Part shown: positions 1 to 10,431 of the stretch, piece after piece
How positions within the stretch are numbered: the stretch's first letter is position 1
Layout of the letters: the number at the start of each line of letters is the position of its first letter
Source of the DNA: an uncultured Hellea sp.
GTDB lineage: Bacteria > Pseudomonadota > Alphaproteobacteria > Caulobacterales > Maricaulaceae
Direction of reading: 5' to 3'
Length of the DNA: 64,000 bases
Assembly: GCA_964576765.1 (NCBI GenBank)
Contig: CAZNWH010000001.1
Coordinates: forward strand, 15,451-79,450
Program-made: the position numbers and the translations under genes
The notes under the pieces: model-generated
What the model saw: only the letters and a program-made list of their open reading frames with translations
Told to the model about the DNA's origin: nothing
The model's database searches: none

Positions 1-929
1 GGCTTATAAGGCTTGAGGCTTTCAATGTTCTTGCCGCCCATTTGCGCCTTAAGGGCTTTGCTGAGCCATTTCACTTGCTTTGTAAGGCCTACAATAGTCA
101 TAGGATCCCCAGCTGAGGCTGCATCGCCAACAATATGGACATCGCTCATTCCATCGGGGCGAAGCCAATCGTCGACTTTTACGCGCCCAAGGTTATCTAG
201 CTCCACGCCACCTAATGTTTGAATGAAATCAGGGGTAGCCCGCGCACCAATGGCAGGGAATATAAAGTCAGCATCAATCGTTGTTCCATTAGGAAGGGAA
301 AGCTGTCCACTATAGGCCTGGTTTGTATGCTTTAGGTTTTCTACCATCGCATCAAAGTGAATATTCACCCCAAGTTCGGTAAGCTGCTTTTCCAGTTTCA
401 GTCCAAGCTTAGCAGGTAGCGCAGGGAACAGGCTGCTATCTGCTGTGATGAGGTCGATGTTTATATCGGGGTAGGCTACTGCAATCTCTCCAGCGAGTTC
501 AATGCCCACAGGCCCTGTCCCCACAATGGCTATTTTCTTTGCTTTCGATATTTTGCCAGCAAGGTCTAAGAGGGTTGCCTTATAGCCAGACACATCGTCA
601 TTTTGGACCTTAAAGGGTGATGCATAATTTGACCCCGTCGCGACGATGACAGTATCGCCAAAGACAGTGTCTCCGTTTTCGAGTGTCACCGTCGAGCCAT
701 TTATTGATTTAGCACGACCCTGAATAACTTCGCCATTTTGCAAGAGTTTATCATAGGGCATGATTGTTTTTTCAAGGAGAGCTACATTTGTTAATGCGCG
801 CATAGAGGCGACATTGTGTACCCATTGAGCACGGGGTTCGATGATCGTTACATATGCATCTTTTTCAAGAGCTTTGCCAAGCGCAATGCCTGCATAGCCG
901 CCCCCGATTATTGTTATTTTATAGGTCAT
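1..929 (-). CDS. FAD/NAD(P)-dependent pyridine nucleotide-disulfide oxidoreductase (AIFM2/NDH-2-like), runs off the left edge
   Basis: Not in ORF track. Manual translation from ATG 929: MTYKITIIGGGYAG..., VIVATGS, second Rossmann motif IVGTGPVGIELAGE, TIGDV. Confidence 0.85.
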   Translation of the reverse strand, partial: MTYKITIIGGGYAGIALGKALEKDAYVTIIEPRAQWVHNVASMRALTNVALLEKTIMPYDKLLQNGEVIQGRAKSINGSTVTLENGDTVFGDTVIVATGSNYASPFKVQNDDVSGYKATLLDLAGKISKAKKIAIVGTGPVGIELAGEIAVAYPDINIDLITADSSLFPALPAKLGLKLEKQLTELGVNIHFDAMVENLKHTNQAYSGQLSLPNGTTIDADFIFPAIGARATPDFIQTLGGVELDNLGRVKVDDWLRPDGMSDVHIVGDAASAGDPMTIVGLTKQVKWLSKALKAQMGGKNIESLKPYK

Positions 930-943
930 ATTAATGCCATATC

Positions 944-2629
944 TTAGTTTTTGTTGAGCTGTTTTCTGAGAACTTTTTTATCTATCTTCCCAACGGCCGT
1001 TAGGGGGATTTCATCAATAAAATATATGACTTTAGGGACCTTATAAGCGGCCATTTTCTTTCTGCAAAACTCTACAATTTCAACTTGAATGGCTGTCTTG
1101 TCTGCCGACGCATAATCTGGGTTAAGCTGTACAAAGAGATTAACGATATCGTTGCCCGGGCGCTTCGTATCAGGGGAACCAATGATTGCAGAAGCGGCGA
1201 TTTGCGGAAGTGCGCTGAGTTTGTCTTCGACCTCAACGGAGAACACTTTAAAGCCTCCGACGATCAACATGTCCTTGGCTCGATCGCATAAAAAGATATA
1301 TCCTTCCTCATCCATATATCCAATATCTCCGGAAAACATCCAACGTTTTCCGTCCAGTTCCCGAAGGGCATTTTCTGTCTCATCAGGCAGATTTAAATAC
1401 CCTTTCATAATCTGAAAGCCACTAGAGCAAATCTCACCGGCTCCGCCAATTGGCATTTCCGTGACCCTGTCATCTACGCTTATTATACGGACATCGGCGC
1501 CCGGTGCAGGAACGCCTACGGAACCTTCCTTGCGCCTTATTTGAGGGTGCATAGTGTAAGCGGGGCCTGTTTCGGTCATGCCAAAGACATCAACCAGTCT
1601 TTGTTCGCCTATATACTCAACCAACCTAGAGGCTGTATCCGACGGCATCGGCGCTCCGCCCGATTTGACGGATTTCAGCCGCGAAAAATCTACTGCCTTG
1701 AATTTTTCATTGGCCATCAGCATTTCAAATAATGCCGGCACAGCGGCCAATATTGTAGGAGGTGTCGCAACCATCATATCGCAGAAGTTATCTGTATCAC
1801 GGGCATTTGGAATCAAAAGAAGATTCATCCCGTCGATAAGTGCTGCGATCATAGATGACAGACCGGCGACATGGAAAAATGGAAAGGCAGTCGCATAAAC
1901 GTCTTTCCCAAATTCGGCCTTGGGGTCAGCGGCGCAGGCTGAAACTGGATTGTGCATAAGATTGCGAATGGAGAGCTGAGCGCCTTTTGGTCTTCCCGTA
2001 GTGCCGCCTGTGTATTGTATCATGAAGGTGTCATTCCATTCTGAGGCTACAGGGGTGAAAGTGCCGGGTTGTCCTTCCATGAAATCTGTAAAGCTGGTTG
2101 TTGGTAGGCTACCAATTGAGGGTAACTTTACCTCGGCCTTCTCAACAAGATAATCTTGAGGAGACGCGACGACAATTGATTGAATGCTAGCCGGGAAAGC
2201 GTCTACAGCTTCTAAGGTTGGCAGAAAAGTCTCTAATGTCAGTAAGAGTTTGACATTCGCATCTTGCATTTGGTGAACAAGTTCACTTGGCGCGAGGAGC
2301 GGAGACATACCCGTACCTATAGCGCCAAGTTTGCTAATGGCTGCAATTGCTATGACATAGGCAGGAATATTGACGAGGTGGAGTCCAATGACATCGCCAG
2401 TGCCAATCCCTGAGTCAGAAAGTGCGTTTGCAAGTTTATTGCTTTCAGCCTCAAGCTCTGAATAAGTCAACAGTTTGTTGAAATAGGTTAGGGCAGGGGA
2501 CTCGCCAATATCATTGGCAAATTTAGCAATTCGTTCCCCAAGTGGCATGTCATTTATTGCAGGGATTTCGATATCAAGTTCTTTATATACGCCGTACCAT
2601 CTTTTGGATTGAAGCTCTAAAAGTTCCAT
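944..2629 (-). CDS. Long-chain fatty acid-CoA ligase (AMP-binding)
   Basis: QYTGGTTGRPKG, FGMTE, SGDIG, GKIDKK motifs; start moved to ATG 2629 behind a GGGGAA RBS. Confidence 0.92.
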   Translation of the reverse strand: MELLELQSKRWYGVYKELDIEIPAINDMPLGERIAKFANDIGESPALTYFNKLLTYSELEAESNKLANALSDSGIGTGDVIGLHLVNIPAYVIAIAAISKLGAIGTGMSPLLAPSELVHQMQDANVKLLLTLETFLPTLEAVDAFPASIQSIVVASPQDYLVEKAEVKLPSIGSLPTTSFTDFMEGQPGTFTPVASEWNDTFMIQYTGGTTGRPKGAQLSIRNLMHNPVSACAADPKAEFGKDVYATAFPFFHVAGLSSMIAALIDGMNLLLIPNARDTDNFCDMMVATPPTILAAVPALFEMLMANEKFKAVDFSRLKSVKSGGAPMPSDTASRLVEYIGEQRLVDVFGMTETGPAYTMHPQIRRKEGSVGVPAPGADVRIISVDDRVTEMPIGGAGEICSSGFQIMKGYLNLPDETENALRELDGKRWMFSGDIGYMDEEGYIFLCDRAKDMLIVGGFKVFSVEVEDKLSALPQIAASAIIGSPDTKRPGNDIVNLFVQLNPDYASADKTAIQVEIVEFCRKKMAAYKVPKVIYFIDEIPLTAVGKIDKKVLRKQLNKN

Positions 2630-2733
2630 TTCATTCCCCGAGAAATATGTTAGCCGAAGTTTTTTAGAAACTTTCTGTTCTAACGTTAGCGATACCTTGG
2701 TGCTAAGATGCACCAAGGTTGATTTTATATGAT

Positions 2734-3978
2734 TTAAATGCGCTCGATAATCATGGCTGGAGCCTGGCCACCAGCGGCACACATTGTGATAAGGCCATAG
2801 CGTCCGCCTGAGCGTTCTAACTCATCCAAAGCTGTACCGATTAGGATGGAACCTGTTGCACCGATTGGATGACCTAAAGCCATAGCGCCGCCATTGATGT
2901 TGACCTTCTCGCGGTCAAGATCAAGGTCACGGATGAACTTTTCAGCGACGACAGCAAAGGCTTCGTTGATTTCCCATACATCGATATCCTCTTTCTTGAG
3001 GCCCGCACGCTCCAATACCTTTTCCGCGGCAGGAACAGGTGCATTTAGCATCAGAGTAGGGCAGTCGCCCATATTCGTTGCCGCAACGACTCGCGCGCGC
3101 GGATTGAGATTGTTTTCTTCTGCGAACTCTTTCGATGTAAGTAGGATTGCGGCCGCACCGTCAACGACGCCAGAACTATTGCCGGCATGATGGACATGAT
3201 TGATAGAGCCTTCGAGTTGCGGATATTTCCGAGTGATCAAGTTTCCATAAGTATTCCCAGTATCATCCACTTCAATGTCCGTGAACATTGAAAAAACGGT
3301 TTTCAGCCCAGCAAGGCTTTCTGCAGTTGTGCCCGGACGCGGAAACTCTTCTTTATCCAAAGCAACAGAGCCATCTTCATTATGAACCGGGATCAGGGAG
3401 CCATCAAAACGACCTTCCTCAATCGCGCGGGCGGCTCTTTGTTGGGAGGTTACGGCCAGCGCGTCCAAATCGTCCCGCGAAATTTCCTCTAAAGTCGCGA
3501 TTGCATCAGCACATACGCCTTGTTGAGATTGAGGATGAATCTTTCGAAGCGCTAGGTTGCCGCCGTCAAGCATGGCCGGTTGCGTTGGGTCCGCAATAGA
3601 GTTTGTGTAACTCATCATTTCGGTTCCACCTGCGACGACACAGTCTTCCAAGCCCGCCATAACCTGACCAGCGGCTAAGCTAACAGATGTAATGCCGGAG
3701 CCGCAAAAACGGTCCATAGTTACGCCGGAGGCTTTTTCGTCATAGCCAGCTAAAAGAGCTGACATCCTGCCAAGGTCAGTGCCTTGTTTGCCGACCTGAG
3801 TTGATGTCGCCCAAACAACGTCATCGACCTTTGACGTGTCGAGGTTGTTTCGCTCTTTGATGGCTTTAAGAACCGTCGCGCCTAGATGCTGTGGATGGAG
3901 ATGAGCGAGTGCACCACGTCCAATTTTTCCTACGCCGCGTGGTGTCCTCACGGCATCAATGATATAAGCTTCACCCAT
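2734..3978 (-). CDS. Acetyl-CoA C-acyltransferase (thiolase)
   Basis: DRFCGSG, NEAF, GHPIGATG, MCAAGG motifs; GGAGA RBS before ATG 3978. Confidence 0.95.
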   Translation of the reverse strand: MGEAYIIDAVRTPRGVGKIGRGALAHLHPQHLGATVLKAIKERNNLDTSKVDDVVWATSTQVGKQGTDLGRMSALLAGYDEKASGVTMDRFCGSGITSVSLAAGQVMAGLEDCVVAGGTEMMSYTNSIADPTQPAMLDGGNLALRKIHPQSQQGVCADAIATLEEISRDDLDALAVTSQQRAARAIEEGRFDGSLIPVHNEDGSVALDKEEFPRPGTTAESLAGLKTVFSMFTDIEVDDTGNTYGNLITRKYPQLEGSINHVHHAGNSSGVVDGAAAILLTSKEFAEENNLNPRARVVAATNMGDCPTLMLNAPVPAAEKVLERAGLKKEDIDVWEINEAFAVVAEKFIRDLDLDREKVNINGGAMALGHPIGATGSILIGTALDELERSGGRYGLITMCAAGGQAPAMIIERI

Positions 3979-4045
3979 TTTAGTCTCCATCGTAATAGTT
4001 TTGTCGAAAGTAAATTTCGATTGGTTAAATGTTCTGTATTTAAAT

Positions 4046-4822
4046 CTATCGCGGCGTCATTCGAATGCCGCCATCCATCCGGATACATTCGCCGTTGATG
4101 TAGTCATTTTCTACTATTTGTTGAGATAGCATGGCAATCTCATCAGGTCTTCCAAGTCGCATCGGGTTTGGAACAGTGGCTTCCAGTGCCTTGAAAACAT
4201 GCTTAGGCAGAGAGTCAAATAGCGGTGTATGGATAAGGCCCGGAACAATTGTATTACAGCGAATGCCTAACTGAGCCAGATCTCTGGCAATTACGATTGT
4301 CATGCCAATAACGCCGCCTTTAGAGGCTGAATAAGCGACTTGACCAATTTGTCCTTCATAGCCCGCAACTGACGCGGTGTTGATGATGACGCCGCGTTGA
4401 CCACAATCCGTAACCGGATCATTTTTTGACATTTTCTGGGCCGCCAGACGTGTCACATTGAAAGTGCCGATAAGATTGACGTCTAGGACCTTTTTAAAAT
4501 TATCCAGACTATGCGGAGCGTCCTTGCGTCCGTCATAAGTTTTTGACGCAGAACCAATGCCGGCAAAATTATTACAAATGTGAATAGCACCGAATTGAGC
4601 TATAGTGCTCTCGATAGCCTTTGTTACTGACTCTTCGTCAGAAACATTTACATTGCAAAATAGAGCATTGCCGCCAAGTTCCGTCACTAAGGCTTCTCCG
4701 CGCTCAGCATTCATATCAAAAATGGCGACTTTTACACCTTGAGAGTGATAGCGGCGCGCTGTCGCTTCGCCCAATCCCGACGCTCCACCTGTGATGACCG
4801 CGACTTTATCTTGTAGTTTCAT
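4046..4822 (-). CDS. SDR, HSD10-type 3-hydroxyacyl-CoA dehydrogenase
   Basis: TGGASGLG, GQIGQVAYSASKGG, IRMDGGIRM. Confidence 0.92.
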   Translation of the reverse strand: MKLQDKVAVITGGASGLGEATARRYHSQGVKVAIFDMNAERGEALVTELGGNALFCNVNVSDEESVTKAIESTIAQFGAIHICNNFAGIGSASKTYDGRKDAPHSLDNFKKVLDVNLIGTFNVTRLAAQKMSKNDPVTDCGQRGVIINTASVAGYEGQIGQVAYSASKGGVIGMTIVIARDLAQLGIRCNTIVPGLIHTPLFDSLPKHVFKALEATVPNPMRLGRPDEIAMLSQQIVENDYINGECIRMDGGIRMTPR

Positions 4823-4850
4823 TGTTTTTCCATTTTGTTGTGAAGTGGGG

Positions 4851-5747
4851 TTATTTTTTCTTACGCGTTTTTTCGAAGAAAGCTGAAATATGTTCTTTGG
4901 CAGACGGGCTGACTGCGAGGTCAGTAAGATACTGACTCTCTAAGGCCATCGCTGTTGCAAAATCGAGAGGCTTGCTTTCCAGGGCGCATTTCAAAATTGT
5001 TGCTGGAGCGGGCCCAGATGTAAACTCACCGGCCTCAATGCGTGTTTCAAACTCTTTTTGGATATCAGATAAGGTGTCTTCTGATGCTGATTGATCGGGC
5101 TTATCCCAAGGTTGAACGGAAGAGGGATTGCTCAAAATCCAAGCTTTGGCTTTAGCAAACATGTCATCATTGTCTTCGGCGATTTCATCGATCATTCCAT
5201 TTGCGAGCGACTCTTCAGGAGAGAACGCTTTGCCTGTAATGAGTATAGGCAGAGCCGCTTCTGTGCCGAGTAATCGCGTTAGGCGGATTACGCCGCCGCC
5301 GCCCGGTAGGAGGCCAAGCGTGACCTCAGGGACGCCTATAATTGTTTTAGGGTTTTTAGCCGCAATTCTATGATGGCATGAAAGGCAAATTTCATAACCG
5401 CCGCCTAGGGCTGCGCCATTGATAGCGGCCACAACAGGGAGGTCTTGAGTCTCGAGCGCTCGTAAGTGCTTTTTGATCAACTGCACTTTTTCAAAATAGA
5501 CGTCGCGAGTTTCATCGGTAATAGCCAGTATTTCTTGAAGGTCGCCGCCAGCAAAAAAAGTACTTTTTGCGGATGTTAAAATAACGCCTTTGTAAAGATC
5601 ACGCTCTTCGGACAGCTTTTGCGTTAAAGCCTTTAGCGCGTCAATAAATGCGCCATTCATAACGTTCACGCGTCCGTCCGCGTCATCCATAGTTGCAGTT
5701 AAGATACCGTCCGAATCGACGTCATATTGCATATAGGCTTTTGTCAT
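4851..5747 (-). CDS. Enoyl-CoA hydratase (stand-alone FadB/FadJ N-terminal domain)
   Basis: FFAGGDL, NGAALGGGYE, PEVTLGLLPGGGG. Confidence 0.9.
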   Translation of the reverse strand: MTKAYMQYDVDSDGILTATMDDADGRVNVMNGAFIDALKALTQKLSEERDLYKGVILTSAKSTFFAGGDLQEILAITDETRDVYFEKVQLIKKHLRALETQDLPVVAAINGAALGGGYEICLSCHHRIAAKNPKTIIGVPEVTLGLLPGGGGVIRLTRLLGTEAALPILITGKAFSPEESLANGMIDEIAEDNDDMFAKAKAWILSNPSSVQPWDKPDQSASEDTLSDIQKEFETRIEAGEFTSGPAPATILKCALESKPLDFATAMALESQYLTDLAVSPSAKEHISAFFEKTRKKK

Positions 5748-5813
5748 GATGCTTTCTTTTCGTTTTACGAATAACAAACTTCGATTTTTAAGTGACAGTG
5801 AAGAAAAAATGAC

Positions 5814-5834
5814 TTACTGGTTAACTAACAAGTT
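5814..5834 (+). promoter_or_regulatory. Degenerate copy of island operator (TTACTGGTTAACTAACAAGTT) in a divergent promoter
   Basis: Resembles the TTGCTTG-N7-ACAAGTA motif at 17180, 17202, 23998 and 28320. Confidence 0.4.
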
Positions 5835-5850
5835 TATAGGGGAATGAAAA

Positions 5851-6633
5851 ATGGATGACAAGAGCGATCTTGCCAAGTTGTTCGATTTGTCGGGTCAGCG
5901 CGCATTGATTTCCGGGGGAGGTACCGGGATAGGTCGACAGACAGCTTTAACATTCGCAGCTTATGGTGCTGAGGTGGTATTAGCTGCGAGGCGGCGCGAA
6001 AAACTCGAGGCAACGGTTGTTGAACTTAAGGCGAGCGGTGCAATAGCCAGTTGTGTGTCCATGGACATCACCAATGCTGACAGTGTCAAAAATGGACTGA
6101 AAGAGGCCACAGAGGGTGGTCCAATCACACTTCTAGTGAATAGTGCAGGTGTGAGTTCTAAAACTTTCCTGCTCGATACGCCTGAAGAAGAATGGGATCA
6201 GGTTCTGGGGACTAATCTCAAAGGCGGCTGGATGTTATGTCAAGCGGTTGCAAGGCAAATGATAGAGGCAGGGGTTGGCGGCAGCATTATCAATATTGCT
6301 TCTATTTTAGGGATAGGTTCTCAAAAAGGCGCAGGGCCTTACATGGCATCAAAGGCCGGTCTGCTTCATTTGACGCGAAATATGGCGCAAGAGTGGGCCC
6401 GTTACGGTATCCGCGCAAATACCGTGGCACCAGGTTACTTTATGACCGATATTTCTGAGCCTTATTTGAAAACCAAGACAGGGCAGGCGATGTTAAAGAA
6501 AATCCCACTTCGGCGCCTGGGTAATCTACCTGATTTGTCGGGTACAATGTTGCTATTGGCCTCTAAAGCTGGCGCATACATGACCGGAGGTGTGATTGTG
6601 GTTGATGGTGGTCATTCTATCACGCAGCTTTAA
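5851..6633 (+). CDS. SDR family oxidoreductase
   Basis: SGGGTGIG, YMASK, VDGG. Confidence 0.92.
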   Translation: MDDKSDLAKLFDLSGQRALISGGGTGIGRQTALTFAAYGAEVVLAARRREKLEATVVELKASGAIASCVSMDITNADSVKNGLKEATEGGPITLLVNSAGVSSKTFLLDTPEEEWDQVLGTNLKGGWMLCQAVARQMIEAGVGGSIINIASILGIGSQKGAGPYMASKAGLLHLTRNMAQEWARYGIRANTVAPGYFMTDISEPYLKTKTGQAMLKKIPLRRLGNLPDLSGTMLLLASKAGAYMTGGVIVVDGGHSITQL

Positions 6634-6647
6634 TAGAAAGTAGTCTT

Positions 6648-8426
6648 ATGAAATTCCATTTAGCACTCACGCTTCCTTTTGTCCTAATCGCGGTCGGGTG
6701 CAGTCCAGAAAGCTCTCAAATAACGGCGGCGTCCGAGGATTCGAATTGCTCTGACTTTAATGAGGCAAACAACCTCTATTGGGGCGATTTGCATGTTCAT
6801 ACGGCTTATTCGATGGATGCGTATATTTTTGGCACCAAAGCATCACCTACCGATACTTTCAACTTTGCTAAGGGGGTCACAGAGCAGCGCATGCCTGACG
6901 GAACACCTGTTAAGCTTGAAAGGCCTCTGGATTTTATGGCCATCACAGATCACGCGGAAACATTTGGTCTCATGCATATATGTACTGAGCCTGATCACGC
7001 GGGGTATCAGACTGATTATTGCCAAGAATTACGTGAGTTAAGCGGTCCCAATGCCAGAGCCTCTATAATGGCCTTTAGAAAACTCTTTGCGCCTATTTCT
7101 CGTGGTAAACAGGCCCCTTTATGTTCTCAAGAGGACTTAGACTGCGAAATAGCCGCTATCGATCGCTGGAATAATGTTCAAAAGGCTGCGAATACTGCTG
7201 ACAAGCCCTGCGGGTTTACCGCTTTTCTTGGGTATGAGTGGTCCGCTACTCCGAATGATGCCCACTGGCATCGCAACATTATTTTTAAAAGTGACGTTGC
7301 GACTGAAGGATTGATCGATTTTTTGAGATATCCGACTCCCGAACGTATGTGGGCCGAATTGGAAAGCCAGTGTAAGCCTGAGAATGGGTGTGACGTACTT
7401 GCCATTCCGCATAACACGAACCTGAGCGAGGGCGGAGGCTTCGATGTTGAGAATTCGTCGACTGTAGAGTTACGCCGCCGTGAAAGATATGAACGCCTGA
7501 TTGAAATAACCCAACATAAGGGAACGAGTGAGTGCTTGAACGAAAATTGGGATGACCGGAATTCTGACTGCGGATTCGAGCAGGCTCTCAGTGGAAGAAT
7601 GGTACAGGCTATTCGGCAAGACCCTTCTATCCGCGAAAAATACAATCGCAGTTTCAGCCGAAACATCTTGGGTAGAGGGCTTGAAAGTTACGCGTCAAAT
7701 GATGAGGGCATCAATCCTCTTCAAATCGGATTTATTGGATCAACAGATAGTCACTCTGCGACTCCCGGGCTCACAGAAGAAGCGTTTTGGAAAGGCGATT
7801 CATTTGGAGGTGGTGATGTTCATCGTCCGCGCTGGCTAGCGGGTCCGGGACCAGACTTTAGTCCGGGCGGACTAGTTGGCGTTTGGGCTAAGCAGAACAC
7901 GCGCGCTGATATCTTTGATGGCCTAAAGAGCCGCCATGCCTATGCAACATCTGGGACTCGTATTGCGCTGAAATTCGCGGTTATATCTTCTAAGAGTGAT
8001 GCGAAGACTTGCGGCGCAAAATTACGCGTGGGCAGCCCTATGGGCTCCACTCTTGTGACAAAGCAGACGGAAGCACCTGAGTTCGTTTTTAAAGCTACTC
8101 AAGATTTAGTACCTCTCGAGCGCGTTCAAATCGTCAAGGGGAGCTTGAAGGACGGGCAAGTTCAAGAAGAGGTCCTCACAATCAAGAGTGTCGACGGCGG
8201 ATTTAATAAGGCTTGTGAAAGCTGGTCTGATCCCAACTTTGACCCTAATGAACCCGCTTATTGGTATATGCGTATTCTCGAAGTCCCGACACCGCGCTGG
8301 TCGAAACTTCTTTGCAAAGAATTGGGCAATTGTGACAAATTCCCGAATGCGGATGTTATGATTAGCGAGCGCGCTTGGAGTTCGCCAATTTGGTATTTGC
8401 CGCCGCGTACGAGCGCTGAAAAATAA
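6648..8426 (+). CDS. DUF3604 domain (PHP-like metallohydrolase) lipoprotein
   Basis: Lipobox AVGC; YWGDLHVHTAYSMDA, AITDHAE, STDSH, ERAWSSPIWY. Confidence 0.88.
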   Translation: MKFHLALTLPFVLIAVGCSPESSQITAASEDSNCSDFNEANNLYWGDLHVHTAYSMDAYIFGTKASPTDTFNFAKGVTEQRMPDGTPVKLERPLDFMAITDHAETFGLMHICTEPDHAGYQTDYCQELRELSGPNARASIMAFRKLFAPISRGKQAPLCSQEDLDCEIAAIDRWNNVQKAANTADKPCGFTAFLGYEWSATPNDAHWHRNIIFKSDVATEGLIDFLRYPTPERMWAELESQCKPENGCDVLAIPHNTNLSEGGGFDVENSSTVELRRRERYERLIEITQHKGTSECLNENWDDRNSDCGFEQALSGRMVQAIRQDPSIREKYNRSFSRNILGRGLESYASNDEGINPLQIGFIGSTDSHSATPGLTEEAFWKGDSFGGGDVHRPRWLAGPGPDFSPGGLVGVWAKQNTRADIFDGLKSRHAYATSGTRIALKFAVISSKSDAKTCGAKLRVGSPMGSTLVTKQTEAPEFVFKATQDLVPLERVQIVKGSLKDGQVQEEVLTIKSVDGGFNKACESWSDPNFDPNEPAYWYMRILEVPTPRWSKLLCKELGNCDKFPNADVMISERAWSSPIWYLPPRTSAEK

Positions 8427-8453
8427 TTAGAATTTATGAAAAGGAGATAGGAA

Positions 8454-9248
8454 ATGTCGCAGGATATTTTAGATCAAGCAGGTAGAGTTTCTCTGGTGAC
8501 AGGGGCGGGACAGGGTGTTGGCCGCCAGATTGCGCTGCACCTGTCAGGGCATAATAGCGGCGGTGTGGCCGTCAATGATTATGTACTCGAGCGCGCTGAA
8601 AGCGTCGCGGATGAAATTAAGGCTGCGGGCGGCAAGGCCATTGCTGTGCAAGCTGATGTCACGGATACAGAATCTGTGAAGGCTATGGTTGCGCGCATTA
8701 ACGATGAACTCGGCCCTGTAGGCACATTGATTAATAACGCGGGAAACATGGGCGCAAATCCAACTGCCGATGTCATGAAGCCGTTTTGGGAGACTGGCCC
8801 AGATGTTTGGTCGCAGTCCATTGATGTCAATCTTTTCGGCGTTATGAATTGCACGGCGGCCGTTATTCCAGGAATGATTGAACGAAAGGCTCCAGCGCGT
8901 GTTGTAACGATTATTTCTGATGCAGCCCGTCACGGTGATGCAGGGTTTGAAGCCTATTCTGCGGCTAAAGCTGGCGCAGCAGGTTTCATGAGAAGCCTTG
9001 CGCGAAGCACGGCGCGGTTTCAAGTTACGGCTAATTGTATTGCTATTTCAGCAACACGGACGCCTGCTATCGCGGCGCAATTGGCGAATGAAGCCCTCAT
9101 GAAAAAAGTATTATCGAATTATATCGTGCGGCGTCCAGGAGAACCCGAAGATGTTGCGAACATGGCCTTGTTTCTAGCCTCAGAGGCCAGTTCTTGGATT
9201 AGCGGTCATACTTATCCCGTCGATGGCGGATTTGTTCCATCCCTTTAG
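8454..9248 (+). CDS. SDR family oxidoreductase
   Basis: TGAGQGVG, NNAG, YSAAK. Confidence 0.92.
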   Translation: MSQDILDQAGRVSLVTGAGQGVGRQIALHLSGHNSGGVAVNDYVLERAESVADEIKAAGGKAIAVQADVTDTESVKAMVARINDELGPVGTLINNAGNMGANPTADVMKPFWETGPDVWSQSIDVNLFGVMNCTAAVIPGMIERKAPARVVTIISDAARHGDAGFEAYSAAKAGAAGFMRSLARSTARFQVTANCIAISATRTPAIAAQLANEALMKKVLSNYIVRRPGEPEDVANMALFLASEASSWISGHTYPVDGGFVPSL

Positions 9249-9257
9249 GGGACGACT

Positions 9258-9908
9258 ATGACGAAATTACTCTTCATCGAATCGAGCCCCCGCAAAGAGA
9301 GCTCTTACTCGTCTACTGTCGCCTATGAATTTCTCGAAAGTTATAAGGCGGCTAATCCCGATCACGAGATCGAGCACTTACCCCTTTTTGAAGCTGACCT
9401 GCCTCCATTCACCGCGCAGGCCGCCAATCAAAAGATGGAAAATATCGTTAGCCTAATGACAGGCAAAGGGCCGATAGATGCAGACGGGGAATGGGCTGGC
9501 GTTTTAAGAGAGATAGAACGTATTAAGAGCGCTGATAAAGTCTTGCTTTCCGCCCCGATGTGGAATTTCTCTATTCCTTACCGCCTAAAGCAATGGATTG
9601 ATCTTGTGGTGCAGGTCGGCGTATCTGTCATGGTGAACCAAAAATTTGAGTATGTTGGCCAAATTACCGATCGTCCTTTGCAAATGGTTTTAGCAAGCGG
9701 CAGCCCCTATGAGGCCAGATTTCCATTGGAGAGCGATGGCGCAAAAATTGATTTCCAATGGGCTTATCTGGATTACATTTTCCGTTTTCTAGGATTCACG
9801 GATATCAGTCTCCTTAAGGTGCAGCCAACGGGCCGGCCCGGACCAGATCTTGACGCCATGATTTCAGATATGAAGGAAAAAGCCAAAGCTGCTGGGGCGG
9901 CTTTTTAG
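9258..9908 (+). CDS. FMN-dependent NADH-azoreductase/quinone reductase (AzoR/AcpD family)
   Basis: IESSPR..SYS, APMWNFSIPYRLKQWID. Confidence 0.88.
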   Translation: MTKLLFIESSPRKESSYSSTVAYEFLESYKAANPDHEIEHLPLFEADLPPFTAQAANQKMENIVSLMTGKGPIDADGEWAGVLREIERIKSADKVLLSAPMWNFSIPYRLKQWIDLVVQVGVSVMVNQKFEYVGQITDRPLQMVLASGSPYEARFPLESDGAKIDFQWAYLDYIFRFLGFTDISLLKVQPTGRPGPDLDAMISDMKEKAKAAGAAF

Positions 9909-9964
9909 CCCCATATCGTCAAAGCTGACCCCATTGCTTTTTAAAATTATGAAGGAAAGACAAA

Positions 9965-10402
9965 ATGACGTCATTTTCATACAGTACTATCATTGAAGCT
10001 CCGATAGAAACCGTATTCGATTATGTGAGTAACATTGATAATCGTATGGAATGGCAAGAGTCTTTGGTAAAGGTTGAGCGTTTAACGCCTTTGCCAGATG
10101 GCGTGGGGGCCCATTGGAAAGAGACATTTCAATATGGCAAAAAAGCCTCAACTGCAGACATGCGATATGCTGCATTTGAGCGTCCTCATATCTTCACAGA
10201 AGATATTACGACCAATAACGCAACAGGGGTTATTGATGTGAAATTTGCTGAAGCGGGAAACTATACCGAGCTTTCCGTTTTCGTCACTATGAAATGGAGA
10301 GGGCGTTTCCGCTTATTAGCGCCACTTGCAAATTCAGTCTTTAAGAAAGCCATTACAAAGGATTTTGGGGACATAAATACAAAACTTAAATCCCGCACAT
10401 AA
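9965..10402 (+). CDS. SRPBCC (START-like) family protein
   Basis: IEAPIETVFDYVSNIDNRMEW pattern, 145 aa. Confidence 0.8.
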   Translation: MTSFSYSTIIEAPIETVFDYVSNIDNRMEWQESLVKVERLTPLPDGVGAHWKETFQYGKKASTADMRYAAFERPHIFTEDITTNNATGVIDVKFAEAGNYTELSVFVTMKWRGRFRLLAPLANSVFKKAITKDFGDINTKLKSRT

Positions 10403-10431
10403 CAATACCCGCTAAAAACGGACATTCGTTT

